Source: an uncultured bacterium | GTDB lineage: Bacteria; Planctomycetota; Phycisphaerae; UBA1845 | Assembly: GCA_965371245.1 (NCBI GenBank) | Contig: CBDUXT010000020.1 | Location: forward strand, 2,150 to 66,149 | Length of the DNA: 64,000 nt | Direction of reading: 5' to 3' | Shown: positions 59,585 to 64,000 of the stretch, in pieces | Layout: the number at the start of each line of letters is the position of its first letter | Position numbering within the stretch: position 1 is the first letter of the stretch | Notes under the pieces: model-generated | Told to the model about the DNA's origin: nothing | The model's database searches: none | The model's input: only the letters and a program-made list of their open reading frames with translations | Translations under genes and position numbers: made by a program

Positions 59585-61525
59585 TCACGGATCCAGGCAG
59601 AGCAGCTGAAAGGCTCGCATGTCGTCGAGGTCAATGTCGTTGTCGGCGTTGAAGTCGAAGGCTTCGCAGCCTGGCTTGCCGAGTCCGGCGTTGGGGCCGG
59701 TCAGGCATGTCGGCCAGGAAGAGAAGTCCGTCAGGTTGACCAGCCGGTTGCAGTCGAAATCGCCGACGCCGAACTCGTAGGCGCCCATATCGACTCGGCC
59801 GCAGAGGATGCGCGGGTGGCCGTCGGGGTCACGCAACATAACCGTGGCGGTCGGATCGCCCGCATCGATCAGCGGAGAGTTAGGCAGCAAGCGCAGGTTG
59901 TCGTCCTCGGTGCCGACGATGTCGTCCGGGCCGTCTGCATCTACGAACCGAGGGTCGATGTCTATGTTGCCGGCCCCGCCCCACATTCCCTCGCCGCCGG
60001 GTATGTTGCTGAAGTTGATGTTCGCGATGCTGTCATTACTAAGCAGGACGTCCGGACCGACACCATCAGTGGCAACGTTGTCCTTGAAGACACATCCCGA
60101 GACGCTTACGGTCCCCGATGCAATAATGGCACCGCCGCCACCTGCGATGTTTCCCACAAACACACAGTTCCGAATATCCAGATGACCAGACCTGCCTCGA
60201 ATCGCTCCGGCGGATCCGGAGAAGGACGGCCCTCCCCCGCGATTCCCGCTGAAGATACAGCTATCAAGTTTCACGTTCTCACCGCTGATGGCGCCTGCCC
60301 GTCTCTCGGCGACGTTTCCGAAAAAGCCGCAGTTGATGATGTTAGTCAATGACCCACTCGGAACCAGTGCGCCACCCTCGACGGCTGAGTTTCCAACGAA
60401 CACACAGTCCACGATGTCCGGCGGCACCGGAAAGAGAAAGGAGCTCTGCAAGAGGAGGCCGCCGCCGAGGTTCTCGCTACGGTTGCGAATAAACCGACAC
60501 CGCGAGATCGCACGATCGCTTTCGTATAGCAGGCCGCGGTCCTCGTTCTCGATGAAGCTGCAGTCGGTGATCGTTGCTCTGCCCGGCGACAAAACAGTCA
60601 TTCCGCCACCCGTGTTTCGCAACAACGTGCAGCCCGTGATCGTCGGATCCCCACTGGACACCCGCACACCCCCGCCCGAGCCCGAAGCGCCGTTGCCAAC
60701 GAAGGTGCAGTTGCGGATCGTCGCCCAAGATTCCTCGATCAGAATCCCACCTCCTCGCTGCGCCCTGTTGTCGAGCCCCGCAGCGCTGTTCGCCTGACCT
60801 GCTGTCACCATGACGCTGTCCAAAACGGCCGTCGCGTCGGTGTCGCTCGCCGTGACGACGTGGTAGGCGTTGTCGCAATCAGGTCCGTTACAGAGATCGC
60901 AACACAGGAGCCGCGCGATGCGGACACACGTGCTGTCCCAGGAGGCCGCACAAGACTCAAACCCGACCACCTCACAGACGGCGGCCTGACACGCGGCATC
61001 GTCGCAGCCGCCCTCAAAGCGTCTCTCGGTGCAACAAGTACTGGTCGGCGTGAAGGAGGGGTCGTCGTTGTTTCCCAGATCGCCATGCAGGATTGTCTGG
61101 TTCACGGCCGGGTCGCGTTGGGCTCGGTTCATCTCCCATCCGGCAAAGCCGCCGTAGATACCGACGCCGCTTCTCATGGCGAAGGTGGCGGAGCGGGGGT
61201 CATCGGCAGTGGTCCGCTTCGACGGTTTGTAAACGCCTGCTGCCACCCATATCTCGCAGGGCGCGGTCGGAAGGCAAACGGCTCCCTTGGCCGCTGCGTC
61301 GAGGGCGAGCTGAAGATCGGTAAAAGCGCTCTTCCAGGAAGATCCATCGCCCGGACCCGTGGCGGCGGCGTCCACGAAGAAGATGCGCCCGGTCGGATCT
61401 GCCTCCGCGAATCCGACCGATCCGAGGAGTAAGGCTGCGGACACCGGAACCACAATCACGCGCAATACCCATCGGTGTTGGTTGTTCATCCGGCGGAACC
61501 TCTCCATGGCGGCCTTGTCTTCCAT
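59585..61525 (-). CDS. Secreted right-handed beta-helix repeat protein with a Cys-rich insert and C-terminal dockerin/EF-hand-like repeats
   Basis: FVDAAATGPGDGSSW, CxFxxN/GGG repeats, SPLIDAGD..VDMGAYE, GDFDCN..DFNADNDIDLDD; start may be 61489. Confidence 0.8.
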   Translation of the reverse strand: MEDKAAMERFRRMNNQHRWVLRVIVVPVSAALLLGSVGFAEADPTGRIFFVDAAATGPGDGSSWKSAFTDLQLALDAAAKGAVCLPTAPCEIWVAAGVYKPSKRTTADDPRSATFAMRSGVGIYGGFAGWEMNRAQRDPAVNQTILHGDLGNNDDPSFTPTSTCCTERRFEGGCDDAACQAAVCEVVGFESCAASWDSTCVRIARLLCCDLCNGPDCDNAYHVVTASDTDATAVLDSVMVTAGQANSAAGLDNRAQRGGGILIEESWATIRNCTFVGNGASGSGGGVRVSSGDPTITGCTLLRNTGGGMTVLSPGRATITDCSFIENEDRGLLYESDRAISRCRFIRNRSENLGGGLLLQSSFLFPVPPDIVDCVFVGNSAVEGGALVPSGSLTNIINCGFFGNVAERRAGAISGENVKLDSCIFSGNRGGGPSFSGSAGAIRGRSGHLDIRNCVFVGNIAGGGGAIIASGTVSVSGCVFKDNVATDGVGPDVLLSNDSIANINFSNIPGGEGMWGGAGNIDIDPRFVDADGPDDIVGTEDDNLRLLPNSPLIDAGDPTATVMLRDPDGHPRILCGRVDMGAYEFGVGDFDCNRLVNLTDFSSWPTCLTGPNAGLGKPGCEAFDFNADNDIDLDDMRAFQLLCLDP

Positions 61526-61666
61526 TATACGCCCGCGAAACGGAGATTTCCACGTTCCACTGGTATCGCCGCGACTTCACGATCACAAACACCGCGCAAG
61601 CTAGAGCATGCGGCTCGGCGCGCCGGCTCCACCGGGACGCCGCTGGGCGGGTGGTCCTGGCAGAAC

Positions 61667-61763
61667 GTAGGGCAGGTCGTTGTTCCGCGTAAGCGGAACG
61701 TTGACCTGTCATGGGCGAGGCAGGTGAACCCCCCGGCGTGGCCGGGAGAACCACCTGCCCTAC
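61667..61763. repeat. Inverted GTAG-REP pair (GTAGGGCAGGT..ACCTGCCCTAC)
   Basis: Terminal inverted repeat with internal hairpins. Confidence 0.65.
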
Positions 61764-61846
61764 GCTCTTGCAACGTCGTTGCGTGTCATGGGTAAGCGCA
61801 GCTTACCCGTGTCTTCAGCAGATCGTGCCCCAAGAAGAACAGCCGC

Positions 61847-61950
61847 GTAGGTCGGGTCATCGACCCGGCCCCACCGGAGCGTGACGTTGTCGTTGGGGAT
61901 CCATGATGCCAATGCGGTGGCACCAACGCCGGGTCGATGACCCGACCTAC
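61847..61950. repeat. Inverted GTAG-REP pair (REPIN-like)
   Basis: GTAGGTCGGGTCATCGACCCGGC and its exact reverse complement. Confidence 0.85.
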
Positions 61951-62001
61951 GAAACTGAAGAGGCGGGGCATCCAACCCGCAAGTTTACGCGTGACGCGGC
62001 A

Positions 62002-63768
62002 CTAGTGCCCTTCCGTGGGGATCACGACGTTATTGTACTGAAGCAGTGTTCCTTTGGCGCGCTCCAGGTCGGTGAGCGCAATGTTGCAGTCAACAATGGC
62101 GTTGAGGAGCGCGCGGCGGGTTCCGGCAAGGGCGCGGCGCGCCCCCAGTTCAGTGTTGAGGGTGCCGACGTCCTTGCGTTCGGCCCGGGCGATATGGGAT
62201 TCGAGTTCGCGCCGCCGCGCCAGGACCGAGGCAAAGCTGGGGTTGATCTGATCGTAGGAGGTTTCCACCTGACGGGCGGCGAGGTTGACGTCGAGGATGA
62301 TGTCCTCGAGCACACGGCGTAGCTCGGCCATCGCCTGGCCGTGCTGAAGCTCGGCCCGCCGTCGCGCGGCCCGCGGCGCCCGGTTTCCGATAGGAAGCTC
62401 GAACTGGACCGAGATTTCGTAGTTGATGAAGTTCCCGCGTGTGACCTCGTCGAAGGATCGGTCGGCGCTGGCACCCAGCCCCTGAAAGGTCGTGGTGACC
62501 GCCAGGTCGAGCTGCGGCAGTTGGTTGTTCTTGGCTTGTCCGACGAAGACCTTTGCGTTGGCGACGACTAGTTCCTGCTCGTGGATTTCGGTGCGGTTAT
62601 CCAACGCGCTTTGGACCTCCGCGAGTCGGTCGATCACGATGCGTTCCACCGTGGGGAAGTCGGTGGGAACCAGTTCGATGTTGTCGATGAGATTGATTTC
62701 GGGATCGTTCATCGCCGCGATCAACCGATCCTCGGCGTCGAGCATGAAGCCGCGGCGGCGGACGAAATCGACGCGGGCGGCCTCCAGGTCGGCGCGCGAC
62801 GCGTAGATGCTGACCGGAAGAACGTCGAAATCCTTCCGAGCGTCCAGATACTGATTGATTTCCTCAAAGTCCGCCACTTCCAGCGCGGTGATCACGACGT
62901 CGCGTCGAGCTTGTACGAGCCGCCAGTAGAGTTCCTCGGCCGAACGGAGGGTGTCACGAACCTGTCGTCGAAAGGCCAGGTCGCTCATCCGGCGGTTGTT
63001 TCGCGCGATCAGGATGGTCGAGCGGTTCAGGTCGATGCCGTACCCGCGGAGCAGGGGCTGCCGGATGTCGAGCGAGAAACTGCTCGTGTACGCGGGGTTG
63101 AGCGTTTGGAAGGAGAAGGATTGCTTCGAGCGGTTCAGTCCGTATTGGCCGGTCACCAGGGTGCCCGCGGGGAGCAGCTTGCGAATGCCGACGTTGAGGT
63201 TGAAGACCTCAGCCCCGGCCGAGGCAAGCTGCGAGGCCGTCGGCCGGTCGATCTTATTATTTCCGGCCGTCGTGAAAAGGACGGCGTCGAACAGGGCCTC
63301 GGCTTCGACGACGCGCGTCGTCTCGACGGCCGGGTTGTAGCTGAGTACCTGGATCGTGTAGTTGTTGGCCAAGGTGCGCCGCAGGACTTCCTCCAACGTG
63401 AGGGAGACCTGCTCATCCCGCCGGATCGAGTCGATTCGCTCGATGACGCCGGAGTGGTAGGTGATCTGCGCTTCCTTGTTGTCCCGCCGAGCCCGCTCAA
63501 GTTCTGAAACCGCCCGCTTCCTCGCCTCCTCCGGCGAGAGTAGCTCCTGCCGTAACTGTTCACCGGAGATGGGCGTGCCCGGATCGACGACGGTCGGCGG
63601 CTTTGGCGCAGCGGTACGACTCGGCGGTTGAACGGTGGGTGCCCCGGTCGGCTGGGCACCGGGTGTCGCCTGGCGCGGAGCCGCCGAAGACAGGCCGGGG
63701 AAGGTGGCGAGCGTGAGCAAGGCGACGGTCGCGAGCCGCTCCGCCGGAGCCGGTCTGCGTCTTGTCAT
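62002..63768 (-). CDS. TolC-family outer membrane efflux protein
   Basis: Signal peptide; LTLEEVLRRTLANN, QPLLRG, AEELYWRL, LPQLDL, ELPIGNR, LERAKGTL. Confidence 0.88.
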   Translation of the reverse strand: MTRRRPAPAERLATVALLTLATFPGLSSAAPRQATPGAQPTGAPTVQPPSRTAAPKPPTVVDPGTPISGEQLRQELLSPEEARKRAVSELERARRDNKEAQITYHSGVIERIDSIRRDEQVSLTLEEVLRRTLANNYTIQVLSYNPAVETTRVVEAEALFDAVLFTTAGNNKIDRPTASQLASAGAEVFNLNVGIRKLLPAGTLVTGQYGLNRSKQSFSFQTLNPAYTSSFSLDIRQPLLRGYGIDLNRSTILIARNNRRMSDLAFRRQVRDTLRSAEELYWRLVQARRDVVITALEVADFEEINQYLDARKDFDVLPVSIYASRADLEAARVDFVRRRGFMLDAEDRLIAAMNDPEINLIDNIELVPTDFPTVERIVIDRLAEVQSALDNRTEIHEQELVVANAKVFVGQAKNNQLPQLDLAVTTTFQGLGASADRSFDEVTRGNFINYEISVQFELPIGNRAPRAARRRAELQHGQAMAELRRVLEDIILDVNLAARQVETSYDQINPSFASVLARRRELESHIARAERKDVGTLNTELGARRALAGTRRALLNAIVDCNIALTDLERAKGTLLQYNNVVIPTEGH

Positions 63769-64000
63769 AATGGGAGGTGTCCTGAGTCGTGTGCAAGAGG
63801 CCGCCCGTCGGCCACAACGTGGGCCGCGTCGGCGCGCTCAACAGTAGGTGGGTCCACGCCGCGCCGCGAGGTACCCAGCCGCTTGGAAAGGCCATGCTAC
63901 TCGCCCGCTTCAAACCTCGTCAATTCACGATGATGTCCCGTCCTACAATTTCCGACGGCCGCCGGCGGCGCCGTTCCCGTGTGGTCGGGCCGTTGCGGTT

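Noticed and set aside
61570-61960. Highly structured intergenic region as a possible ncRNA or riboswitch
   Set aside because: Structure is explained by two GTAG-REP inverted pairs; no recognisable RNA family motif

Overview
High-GC bacterial chromosomal window, most consistent with Planctomycetota (Phycisphaerae-like). The clues are a prepilin/H-X9-DG protein, many zinc-ribbon membrane proteins, ECF sigma/anti-sigma pairs and a beta-helix protein with a dockerin-like tail. Housekeeping genes include purH, pduO, pyrB, an EF-G paralog, mutY, deoC, tyrS, a SahR-like regulator with ahcY, guaB and guaA. A TetR-led paaABCD operon carries a KstR2-type operator. There are two active/inactive peptidase pairs (M16, M14), a small low-GC island, and at least five families of REP/MITE-like palindromic repeats. 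The most striking locus (16.1-28.9 kb) is a convergent heme-biosynthesis cluster (hemL-C-D >< hemB-Y-E-N-H) with three unusual features. (i) No stand-alone hemA is present; instead ferrochelatase, the last step, is fused to a divergent glutamyl-tRNA-reductase-like domain, the first step. (ii) The fusion is preceded by a membrane leader ORF ending in the ribosome-arrest motif RAPP. (iii) Two ATTGAGA-N5-TCTCAAT Fur-like palindromes lie between hemL and a divergent pilin-like gene. All calls come from reading motifs by eye; no searches were run. No rRNA, tRNA, CRISPR array or intact transposase was recognised.
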